A DNA stretch of 64,000 bases from Lobosporangium transversale (taxonomy: Eukaryota). Positions 48,754-60,864 of the stretch are shown piece after piece. The notes under the pieces were generated by a model. That model ran no database searches, had not been told where the DNA came from, and saw nothing but the letters and a program-made list of their open reading frames with translations. Position 1 is the first letter of the stretch. Every line of letters begins with the position of its first letter. The stretch lies in contig NW_019029017.1 of assembly GCF_002105155.1 (NCBI RefSeq), positions 1 to 64,000 of the forward strand. The letters are read 5' to 3'. A program made the position numbers and the translations under genes.

Positions 48754-49838
48754 TTAGTCTGCGCGCCAGAGAGAGTGTGCTTGCGTGGGTTCCCAGGTTG
48801 GATTCGAAGTGTGGCCCTGAAGACAAATGTAGTCGCGGCCATGGTACTTGACCTTGTCACCTGCAGCATACGTTCCTACAGGATCCCAATCGCGTGTGCC
48901 ATGCTTCTTGCTGTGCCCACCATCGCAGGAACCATGACAATGACTACAGCTACAGCTACAGCTATGCCTGTCATGACAATGGTTACCACTGTTATGCTCA
49001 CACCTGCTCCTATCCTGATGATTACTATTATAGTGCTCCTCTCTTCTCTCTAAAGACGACGACGAGGATGACGAAATCTTAATCTGCTCTCTTTCCAGTC
49101 TTGTTTGTTCTTCCACCTGAGCTCTCTCGAACGAGGCTCGCTCCTCTTCAAACCTCTTCCTTTCACTCTCAAACTTCTCTCGCTCCACCTGCTTTTGATA
49201 TTCGGCCTCCTTCCTCTCTTGCTCTTGCCTTCTCTGATCATTCGACACCTTGTTGGCCAATAGACCCCCTGCGACCGCTAACAAACCACCCGCAACCGCC
49301 ATTCCAGCATCCGCCATAGCCTCTTTGTTCTTAATTGACCTGATGCGCTTCTGATGAATCTCATTAATATGAGATTGACCACGGACAAAGCTGGTCGTAG
49401 CGGACGAAGTATTATGGTTCTTCACGCTCGTGGTTTGCAAACCGGGGACATTGTACGCAGTTAAGGTCAAGTCGACTGTACCATTGGGCTTGCCACCTGC
49501 TGTATAGACTTCGAAAGTGCCATTGAAGGAGCCACCAGCTGCATGGATCACCTGGTTTATGGGGATAGCTGCGTACGCAATCACTGCATCGGCGGTTGTC
49601 TCTTCGTCCATAATCTCGATATACAGTTCAGACTCACCATTCAATGGCAATGTGAACGACTGGTTCCACACCGGATTCTTGCCAGCATTCTTGTGAACAA
49701 ATGTCTTTTGGAACGACTTTGCGTTGTCGAGATCGAGACTCAGACGAAGATAAGGATCTTGCTTGCCAAAAGCCTAAAGGGTTAATATAATTAATATAAA
49801 GACATGTGAGTATTATTTGTATATTTGTATAACAAATT

Positions 49839-49872
<34 letters not shown>

Positions 49873-50090
49873 TCAACATCCTTCAAGACTGTAGCACTAT
49901 GGACAGTGATTGCAAGGGTAGGGGCACCACCATATGGGCACTGCTTGGTAAATTGGACTTGGCTACCCACATGACCATCCACATGAACATGGCGATCAAC
50001 GTGGACCTGGCCATCAACGTGGACCGTCTGCTTTACACTCGTTGAAGACGAGGTTGAGGACGAAGAGGAGGAATAAGTGGTGGAAAGCAT
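48754..50090 (-). CDS. C2 domain protein with C-terminal CBM5/12 (ChtBD3) chitin-binding module
   Basis: Exons 50090-49872 and 49774-48754. C2: LAITVHSATVLKDVEAFGKQDPYLRL...KNAGKNPVWNQSF...LYIEIMDEETTADAVI. C-terminus WDPVGTYAAGDKVKYHGRDYICLQGHTSNPTWEPTQAHSLW. Confidence 0.88.
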
Positions 50091-51293
50091 ACTACAATAA
50101 ATTCCTTTTTACTTTTATCTCTTTTGAAACAAAAAAAAAAAAGTATAGGGCACGATAAAATGGTGTTGTTATGTGAGTAAAGTCTGATTGATAATAACGT
50201 TGTATTGGTTTATTTTAGGAGCAAGGAAGGCACTGGAGAATGTTTGACAAAAAAAAAAAAAAAAAAAAAAAGAAGAAGGTATCCTCAAGCATTTTATATC
50301 AATCAATCTCCCGAGAAAAAAAAAAAAAAAAAAAAAAAAAAAACTATTGTGGTATTGGTCAAGGGGGAGGAAGATATACATGAACGCGAAGAGAAGGCGC
50401 GTTCCGATTCGAGTTGATTTGTCGTTTGCTATCCATAGTATAAAAAAGGAGAGGGGAGACGGACAAGCAATGGGATAGAAAAGGGGCATGTTCATATTTC
50501 GGGAAAGTCGGATAGGACTTTTTATGTTCCAATTTGTCCAGATGAAATGGATGATGACGAGCATTGTGAATCTATTAAACCTAAACCATAATCTTTCATT
50601 AATGGTGCGACTCGACGAAAGGGTACATTTAAAATGTCCCTACCTGTATCAAAACAAAGCCATATCCTAGATTTCATGGCAACGGTCCATCATCGCTACT
50701 ATTTTTTTTAAATATGTAGTGAACCAATTCTTCTTCGGGTTAAAGTGACTACATAGAATTCTCACGCCATTACATCTGTCCGAGAAACAAAACAAAAAAA
50801 AAAAAAAAAAAAAAGTCGAATCAAATAAAGGGGTCAGAACTCGCAATAGCCGAGGAATGAAGAAAGCTTTTTTCAGTGTCATGAAGAATCTTCACTTTCA
50901 ATCCCTAAAAAATAAGGGGTTTCTGTCAAAACATCATCGCGTAGAAACATGAGTAGATCCTTATTATTTACTACTCTGGATAGAGCAGTCATGAAGTGCT
51001 CTTTATTCAGTGAATCAAGGCACTTTTCAACTGAGTGTTCACTATACGGAACTATTTTGCTGGCTTAGTTATTCTTGCATTCCCGTAATCCTAAAATACA
51101 TGCATGGAAAGAATGCTACAGCTACTACTACAAATAACAATATACAAAGATTAAAAAAATAAAAATAAAAAAAAAAAATAAAAAAAAAAAAGGTAGTAAA
51201 AGAAAAAGAAAAAAAGAAAGACGAGTAATAAAGTAACCAAACAACCAAGGTAACCAAGCAGGTTCCCTTCTTGGAATAAACACAATGTTCTAG

Positions 51294-54009
51294 TTACTCA
51301 AAAGAGACCCCAAAAGGGACCAACCACTCGCCATCCAACTCAACAACAACCCTTCCGGGCCCACGCGTCTCAGCCAAATGAATCGTCAGTCGCTGATCTC
51401 GTCCTGGCTGAATGACTCCAAATGAAGGTGTTACCGTGATACCAGCAGGTCTCAGGATCTCGAAATGCATTTTACGGCGTGATCGATTAAAGAGTGTCAC
51501 AAATGATTGGACTTCGCCCGCAATACTGGCCGAGAACCGAAGCTCCTTCGGTCGGATCTGCGCTGGGCAGCTACCATCACTACCACTACCACCCAATTCA
51601 CCATACCCTTCTGCAGAAGGTGGTCGCTCAGAAAGAATTAGACTTCCATCATGTGCCTGTCGAAAATGGTGAGCGTACTGATTTGAGGCCAAGTGTTGCT
51701 GTTGATTCTGCTGATGGTAGTATGTATCCTGACGGCGCTGTTGATGCTGCTGTCGCTTACCGTAGTGGCCGTTACCCTGAGTATGAGTCTCATAAGGGCT
51801 TCTTTGATCATAGACAAGTTCCTCTGAAAACTCCTCGCTCTGTGCACTGCTTCCACTGTGTTGACGATCCTCATTTCCTATATATTTATACGTGGGGGAC
51901 AAAGACTGAGTCCCTATCTGGCGATGTAATGATGCTCGGTTGGACGTTCTATTATGAGCTGTAGGCTCCATCTCTGATACAGCACGAGGTGATTTAAGAG
52001 AACGTGATGTGGAATTTGGAGCCTGTCCTTTTCTACTGGCAGGAGAAGTCTTAAGCTGTGATTGCAGCTGTTGATACTGGCTCGAACTCAACCTAGCATT
52101 CTCAGAAGTTGACGAGTGTGGTACGTTTCTGCTTAGCTTCCCCACAATGTCACCGAAAAACTTTTTGCGTTGCGGGAGAGGCGATACCAAGCTATCTTCG
52201 GTGCCGCTTAGTACATTGGTCTCATATGATTCGCTCTCCTCATGCTGAGGTCTGGATTCTCGAGCGTATTTACTCTCCATGGAGTTACGCCTCGAGGCAG
52301 TGGTAGACTTCTTTGGCGTTGATAACCTTGCGGATGCAGACAAATGTGAAGTATATGCTGTACCAGGCTGATCCTGGTGGATTTCTTCACGTAAATCTAC
52401 AATATCTTGTCGAATCTTGGCAAGTTGCTTGCATGACTCCTCCAACGTCGGCACTAGACGATCACCATGGGCACCATAGAGTGATGACCGCTTCGAGCTG
52501 AGTCCTGAAGAACGAGGTGATCGAGGAGAAAGGGGCGATGTTAGGGCACTAGAGTCTCGATCATATGATCGACGATGCGTTTGCAATTGCACACTTGATC
52601 TCCTAGTTTCACGTGGCTCTGATGAACGAACGACTTGCTTTCGCGGAGTCAATGAGCGCTTGCCTTCCAGTAATGCTGCCTCCTCTGCAGCTCTTCTATC
52701 TAACGCAGCCTCTTCTGCTTCAATCTCCTCCAACTCGCGCTGAAGCTGCTTTTTCCTCTCATACGATGAACGACGCAAAGGATCCTTGGATCCCTCTTTT
52801 GGACTAGTTGGACCTTCCTTGACTAAACCTCTACCTCTTAGTGAACCTCTGCTGGCAGATTGCTGGAGCGGCTCCTCCAAAGGTACGTCTCTTGCTGATT
52901 GCTCGTACATGGAGTTGCGAAGGCCGTTCGGACGAGCCACATTGTTAGGACTAGCTGTCCTAGATATGCTTGGGGAATATTCTGAAGCCGCGATATGTGC
53001 ACTTATTGGCCGTGTCTTTGCAGTGGAGGTAATTGTGGCTCGTGTTGGTGTGACAGTTCGGGATGGCACTGAGCCACGACTCGTTGGCACCGCTATGGAA
53101 CGAGGGGGGCTGGAAACGGGAGCAGAGGTCGAAGGTGCAGCTGTCGACATAGATGACTTGTGCGGCAGCCTCGAAGATGGGATAGTGGATGATTGACTAG
53201 CCTTTGCTGTTATTGATGCCATTGTGGACGAACCACCTGCTCTTGATGGCGGTATAGAGGAGCGTGTTGCCGCAACAGTAGTTACGCGAGGAATATTGGA
53301 CACTGATGTTGGCGTAGGCCGTTCTGGAGAACCATCAACTCTGAGCATCTGTGTTGATGTTTTATTGTCTGGTGATGGCGTCTTTGTGGGTAGTTTCGAT
53401 GGCGGTCTAAGCATGGATGGCTTTGGGGCCTGAATCCTAAGATTACTCTCGCGCTTCTCTTTCATAAGTTCTTGGGCAACCTTTTTTGCGAAAATGGCAC
53501 CAGGACTCTCCTCCGGCTGAGAATCGTATTCCGGTTCTTGCCAAAGACCATCCAAGATACTACCAGTTGGCTTGGCCTTTGCATTGGATGCCTGTGCCTG
53601 TTGATACTCTTGCTGTAAGTTGGACATAGTGCTCGATTGTGTGGCAGGTACCTGTGGCATGCGTAGACTTGTGGTAGGCTGCTGAGCTCGCGGAGTAGAT
53701 GATGCTATAGATGATACAGCTTGCTTTGGTGGTTGTGGAGGCGTGGTCGGAGCATGTGGCGTAGCTGAAGCAGGAGACGAAGAACTGGCCTGGGAGACAG
53801 GTAATCGGGTGCCGCTATTGGGCTGCATTGCCAGGGGCACTCTTCGCTTTGAAATTGCACCAGGAAGAGGTAATTTTGAGCCAGGAGGAAGAGAGATTAC
53901 ACGGGGTTTCCTTGGAATGTTGTTCTATTTTTATATTAAGGGTTGGACACATGGCATACCAAAATGGACATCAATGGTTGAATATTACATTATTACATAA
54001 TACCACTCC

Positions 54010-54042
<33 letters not shown>

Positions 54043-55486
54043 TGCGATGAGCAGTAACTACTCTTTTGACGAAAAATGACTGTGGTACGTGGGGTCAACT
54101 TACACCTAGGATCATCTTGCCATTACCACCATTCAAGTCAAGCATGGCATAGAATTCTTCCTCTTGCTCATCTTCCTCGTCTTCAGAGTAATACTCATCT
54201 TCCTCATCCTCGTCTTGCTGATATAGATCCGCACTGTCTTGGTATCCTACTAGGCCTGTCACATCACTACCAGAACGTTCACTATCAATTGCGCCCTTTG
54301 GTCCGAACAGTGCCTCGTACTCGCGCTTTAAGGCTAATGCTGTCGATGAAAGTTCAGACTCGCCTTCCTCTCCGTCCAAATGGGGCTGTGACAAGTCTTG
54401 CTCGTCCCCCTCTTGGTTCTCTTGGTCTCCTTGATCCTCTTGGTCATCTTGGCACACTTGGTACTCCTGGCCCTCCTGGCCCTCCTGGCCCTCCTGGCCC
54501 TCCTGATTCATTTGGGGCTGCTGCTCTTCTTGTCTTTGCTGGTAGTGTTGCTGGTGCTGTTGCTTTTGTTGCTCCTCGTATGGCTGCAGTCGCTCCCACT
54601 GCTTGCGTTTGCCCGTAAGGGATGAGATCTGAAAGTCATGGGTCTCATGCAAAGGCCCAAGAATATCTGTTGGCTTGAGATTAGCCATTAACCGCCGTCG
54701 AATCTCCTCATTCTTGAGGTCTTCCCCGTCTTCAACGTACAAATCTTCCAACATTAGATCGCCAGAGATGATCATCTGACCTGATTGCATTGGTTGGCCG
54801 CTGCGATGAGATTGAACTCTGTTGTTATTATTACTGTTGATAGTGTTGAGTGATGGTAGTTCTGACAATTCCGCGATTGTTGACAGACGCGCATGGCCAC
54901 TGATGGGCTCATCATCATGATAGTTGGGAGATGAGGATGTGTTATTGGTTGTGTTGGACTTTGAATTCCCTTGAACGTTCAGTGATTGTTGTTGTTGTAA
55001 CTTTGGCTGTAACTGCAACTTTTGCTTCTGTTGCTGTTGATGGATTAATTCCTGTTGATAGAAATATGCTTGTTCCTCTTGTTCGTCCAGGAACTCTCCA
55101 CCTTCAGAGTTATTTTCCTGTACAGGATACCAACCATTCTCGATCTGAAGATAGCGTGCTCCCAACTCATCCTGGGTATCAAGGTCTTGTTTATTGTTCG
55201 CATAGGAATTGTGTTGTTGCTGTTGTTGTATATGTGAAAATTGTTGCTGAGTATGGGTGATAGGAAGAGCACTTCGTTGCTGAGAAGGGGAAGATGGCTC
55301 ATAGTTTTGGCAGGAGACAGAGGAAGGAGCAAAGCTGTCGTTGTCAAGAGAATATTCACGATGATCCTCTGTGCCCGATAGGAGTGAAGTATTTGAGATG
55401 TCGCCAACGGGCAAGATTGCCGAGACATCACACTCAAAAGGCTCAGCGGGCTGATCAAACGAGTCGTTATAGGTTGGCCTGTTCAT
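51294..55486 (-). CDS. About 1340-aa disordered protein with C-terminal MSP/ASH-type Ig-like domain
   Basis: Exons 55486-54104 and 53924-51294 (phase-0 GTAAGT...AATAG intron). C-terminal IRPKELRF...VTLFNRSRRKMHFEI...ITVTPSFGVIQPG...LTIHL fits the PapD-like MSP/ASH pattern. Short coiled coils in the middle. Confidence 0.7.
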
Positions 55487-56149
55487 GATATGATGTGTGA
55501 TATGATAATGATATTGATAATGATAACGTTGATGTGTAAATGTATTACAGTGTGAGCCAATGTTTATGTAGCTGTTTTGGCACCAGCATTATTTGCTATT
55601 TGTGATTGTTAATATTATTGAGATTGCTGTTAATCAAAGAGATATGAGTTGAGACTGACGAGAGAAAAAAAAAAAAAAAAAAAAAAAAAGGGGGGTTAAA
55701 ATAAAAAAGAAAGAGCGATGAGTGAGTGACTTGTGATGAGCATACAAGAGAAGATTGGGAAGGAGAGAGAGAAACAATCGGATTCATAAAAAGTATTCGA
55801 TTGCAATCAATAAAAGTGGATGGGAAGTACTTCGATGGAAAGTAAAAAGTTTATACAGTCAACAGTTTGTGTTGTTTCTGTATTGCTGGATGAATTGGAA
55901 AAGAAGAATCAAGATTTGATTCTCGCAAATCGAGACGACTTTTTATACCTCTTTTTTTTACTAGTGACTACTGTTCACACCATGGGACCATGCGCAAGTT
56001 TTATTCTTGTAAAAAAATATAAAATTATAAAATAAAAAAATAAGGAGGGAAACTCATTGACATGCACATGACATACTTTGGACAAAAATCATTTAGCTTG
56101 CAACCGACACGTTAAAATCAAACAACTGACGGACGCGTGTCCCCTTTCT

Positions 56150-56181
<32 letters not shown>

Positions 56182-56223
56182 CCAATTTGTATTTCCACCG
56201 TTGCGATATGGAAGGAAACATCT

Positions 56224-57188
56224 CTATTGCATCAAAGGAGCCTCCATGTCCTTGCGTCTCCTCATCTTAACCACATAGCTCTCGGTCGCAAAGGCAGTGG
56301 TTATGAATTGCACATAATCGGTTCTCTGTCGGGGGACGTGCTCAAGCTCATATGTCTTCACGATTGACGCCAGGATCAATCGCATCTCCATCATCGCAAA
56401 GTTCTTGCCCACACAATTACGTGTACCTGCAGAGAAGGGATAGAATGTATGGTCTTGCACGGGTGGGAACGGAGATTCATCTCCAGGCAGCCATCGCTCA
56501 GGAATATAATCTTTTGGCTGCGGGAAATACTCCTCACTATAATGGAGTAGAGGGAACTGTGCGAGGACGACTTTTTTTTTTTTAAAAAAAAAAAAAAAGT
56601 AAGAAATAAAAAAAACAAAATCACTGAGTGCATATATTTATACAAAAATGAAACCTCTTCCTCGATGCTCATGTCCTTACTTGTGTCTTTTGGAATAGTA
56701 TAGCCACATATGTTAGCGTCCTCATCCACTTCACGAGGGACGCCTTAATGATATAGCCAGAAACACCATGCAAGTCAATTATGGTAGAAGACATAAGCAC
56801 TCATGTTCATTAAACAAGAAGCTTATTTAACACAAACATATCCCAATTCAAAGCCCTGTGAACAAACATGCTTTCCTTACCAGAGGCAGCAACAGGACGA
56901 AGACGCATAGATTCATTAATACAAGCCGTAAGGTAGGGCAGATTCCGGATTTGATCGTATGAAGGTAATGCACCAGCAGAATTGTTAGCTGTCGCTTGAT
57001 CAATCTCCTCGCGCAGCCTCTCGAGCGTCTTTGGATTCTTGAGAAGATACATTAACGTATTGGTAATTGTAGTAGATGATGTTTCTGAACCCGCAATCCT
57101 AACATTGATTCGATCAAGCACGAGTTCGATCATTTAGATTCTACGTGGCAGGATTGAATAAAAAGCTAATCCTAAAGATCTCCCGCGT

Positions 57189-57229
<41 letters not shown>

Positions 57230-58780
57230 CGTCTGTCATAAAAATCAACAAATCTATGCACTTACAGAAAAACTAGGACCTCAGTATGTAAGGCACGATC
57301 TGTTAACTTGCCTGAAATCATGTCTTCATAATCATTCCCAGTCTCTCCGTTTCCACTCACTCGCTCGTTCGCTTGCGCATCAATCAGATACTGCAAGAGA
57401 TCAGCTCTCCTCCCTTTTTCACCCGCATCCTTTCTTATTTTTACTTGGTCAATTGGGAACTGAAGAAATGAGTAATCTAGGGGAAAGAGCCATCGTACCC
57501 ACGGGTTAAATGCCTGTTGCATGCTTCTTTTAAGTAATTCGGCCATTTGTTTAGGAAAGGGATGGTCGTCATGCTGGACCATCTGAAATGAATGGCCAAA
57601 CGCAGTTTCGCCAATGATATCGAGCGATAACCGGTTTATGAGTGAGCAAACGTCGATATGTCCTGGAGGAAGAACTTTGCCTCGCTTGACTGATGTGGGA
57701 TCTACAAGGATCTCATCGATCGTTTGAATCAACACCTGAATGCACCCATGCATAATAGGCTCTAACGAACGCAAGTATTGTAGGCCAAAAGCGGGCGCCA
57801 CTAATCGTCTCTATAATACACATTGCAAAAAAAAAAAAAAAAAAAAAAAGAGTAATAAGAGAGTCGTTTTACAACAAATACACGGATAGCTATAGTGTAC
57901 AACTAACCCTGTTCTTGTGAAAGCTCTTGTCACAGGATGTAAACAGATTGTGCTGATTATACAACTCCATCTTATTGTAGATCTTGCTCTTAGGGTAGTC
58001 CGCCTTGACCAAAATATCATGAATAGCGTCCTTGTCCGCAATGGAGATTATGTTTGGTGCTATAAAAAATGGTCAGCGAATATAGGATTATGTTGTTAAA
58101 AAAAAAAAAAAAAAAAATTTAGGACCTCTATGTCATTAACCATAATAAAAACACACTTGCCTACACGAACGATTTTTCCGTGTCGTTTATGTGTTGCAGG
58201 CAGGAAGTAATGGCTAGATAGTGCATGGCATAAAAGTGTGGCATCCGTCATTTGCTGTCGAAGAGTACACAAGGAAAAAGTATATATTGATATTGATTTT
58301 CTGGACTGACCTGCGTCCGGAATAAACGCTAAGAGCCGAGAAAATAAAGGATCCAGAGAATATGGTGCTCGGGATATGGCTTAGTGGATGGAAATAACGG
58401 TTACGAATGAACTACAAGGGTATATGGGCCATATGAAAAAGGACAAAGACGAGTGTGAGTATATTAAATGAAGCCTGATGATGACCTATGATACAGGACC
58501 AAGGTTCTTTCCTCGCCATCGGCTCACGTAAAATGACAGCAATTTTTGTTCTCCACATGCTCCACATGCATAATTTGCATGTCCCACAACTGCAACTGTG
58601 GCCAAAGATTATGTCGCCCCTTGGGGTCTATACCTTAACCAGAAAGCTCAAGAATAAGAGCGTTGAAATAATCCTTGTGATGCTTGGAGATCTTTTTAGA
58701 TCACTCGAGGATCTTGCGTATTTTTTGATGAATGCATTCAGTAACGCAGGGGAGGTTAATGGCTTTGATAGAATGCCCAT
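56224..58780 (-). CDS. Cytochrome P450 (ER-anchored)
   Basis: Exon 1 58780-58634 ends in the anchor IISTLLFLSFLVK, then FHPLSHIP; RRLVAPAF; I-helix AGSETSS; K-helix ESMR; PERW; heme motif FSAGTRNCVG. About 8 exons, one with a GC donor. Confidence 0.92.
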
Positions 58781-59946
58781 GAATGTTAATGTTTAATACT
58801 CGTTTTTTTGGAGAACAAAAGAGGAAAAGAAGAAGGTATTTAAACAAGCTTGGGTCCTTCATCCTTTATTGCTTCTCATCCTAGTCTCGGCTGGGCAGGT
58901 TAAACCAGATTTACTCACCCTTTTTTCGTTATTGTTGCACAAATGTACCTTCTGTCTCTTCGAGCCGAAGTCACGAGCTGTGCTGTAAACATGAATTTAT
59001 CAACATTACTTGGCAATTGACTCTTTGTTATTTATCTGAGACAACAATTATGTGGAAAAGAATATGATGTGCCAAGACCGATACCCTACGGTTACTTGCC
59101 TTGTCAAGACCAGGTGACAAAGGCGATAGTCTGCCGTGATCTTGGCTGATGGCTGCTTAAGCCACAGGAGACGACATTTGCGCTTTCAAAGTGTGGAGTA
59201 GAGGTGAACAATTGGAATCATATGGATAGGAAAGTGAGTGAGAAACGTTTCTTTATTGATCACCTCCTACTGTTTTAAATGATTTAAATAGAGTGAAATT
59301 ATATTATATACTTACACTACCTAAATGTGACTGATACGGTGTAGACCGCAAAAGTGATCTTTTTTTGACATATTTCTCATTCTCCATCTGCCTCTTATAA
59401 ACTTTTGTTCACACTCTACTTGCTCATTCACCTGCTTACAATTGCTCCTCAGGTGGACTGAAATGATCTGGGGGAGAGCATTTAAAATTTGACTCTTTTT
59501 ACGCGAAATGTACCATCCTTTTTTCTCATTCCTCGTTCGTTCTCAATTTAAAAGAGACCTCCAGCCAAAATGTCAAGTTTGGTCCCAGCCTGAGAGAGAA
59601 GTATCTGCAAGAGCAAGCCACATTTGCCTTTCAGTATGTGCATGTGCACATGAACTTCGTCCTCAGGCTGACGAGCCTAGTCTTCCTCTCTTTTCTTCTC
59701 GCAAACCAAGCCTCTGTGCATTTTCTAAACCGAATCAACCAATTAGAGCATAGATTCCTAATCGACTATGACGTTTTTTCTTTGACAGTGCAGATCGCAG
59801 TCCTTAGCCACATTGATCCAACATTGAAGATTAGAAAAACCTTTAAATATTGCGCAGACTCCCTCCATCGCGTCTTTCTTTTTTTTTTGTCATTCTCATC
59901 ACCACTTTTCACTACCCTCATCTCCATCCAATTCACTACTTTCATC

Positions 59947-60864
59947 ATGACTGTTAAGGCTGTCTGCGTCTTCCGCGCCAACGACAAGAACGTCACCGGC
60001 ACCATCCACTTTACCCAGGAGAACGAGGCTGCTCCTGTTCACGTCCAAGCCGAGTTGGGTGGCCTCCCTCAAGGCAAGCACGGATTCCACGTCCAGTAAG
60101 TCATCCACCGCCTATGTACAAGTACTTTTTTAGAAGTATTATTTATTTTATTTCGATCCATTTGATTGAAAGAATATTATGGAATAAAATATTGTTCATG
60201 TACAACCTAAGTAAATTCAACAACAAAAATAAAAAAAAGAGAGAGAAAAAGAGGGAGACTTCCAAAGTATCATTTGGTGCATAATGAAGGAATAGACGCG
60301 TGAGAACGTTTCTCTTGTATGCCGTACTTTCTTCGTCTTCTCCTTTTTTTTATCTCTCAAGCATTATCTGTGCATTGACTCCTTGTTCTGGAAATATTCA
60401 TATTTGATTTTTTAGTGAATTCGGTGATAACACCAATGGATGCCTGTCTGCTGGCGCCCACTTCAACCCCCACGGCCAAACTCACGGTGCTCCTGATGCT
60501 GCCGTCCGTCATGCTGGTGATCTCGGCAATGTCACTGCCGATGCTAATGGCAAGGCTACTCTTAACATCACTGACTCCCAGATCAAGCTCATTGGGCCTC
60601 ACAGCATTATTGGGTATGCTTTTTTTTTTTTTTTTTTTTTTTTCTTACATACATGTTGTTAATCTTTGAATAATTGAAGTATCCTAAGTATTGATATTTC
60701 CTTTTTTTTATTATTTTTTTATTGAACTCTTTTGGTTCTCTAGCCGCACTATTGTTGTCCACGAGAACGAAGATGATCTTGGACTTGGTGGACACGAGCT
60801 CTCGGCTACCACTGGCAACGCTGGTGGTCGTCTTGCCTGCGGTGTCATTGGTATTACCAAGTAA
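59947..60864 (+). CDS. SOD1: Cu/Zn superoxide dismutase
   Basis: Exons 59947-60095, 60416-60613, 60744-60864 give 155 aa: [55 protein letters not shown]. Confidence 0.97.

Noticed and set aside
50169..51257. Short ORFs with poly-Lys or poly-Phe
   Set aside because: They are artefacts of intergenic poly(A)/poly(T) tracts; the same applies to similar ORFs across the window.
54076..54618. Collagen-like GPPGPPGPP ORF on the + strand
   Set aside because: It is the antisense shadow of a 9-bp (QEG)n repeat in the real minus-strand gene.
59064..59175. SECIS element or hammerhead ribozyme
   Set aside because: The helix is offset from the GA quartet and no apical AA is at the expected spacing; CTGATGG is not followed by a GAAA core; I found no in-frame TGA selenoprotein nearby.
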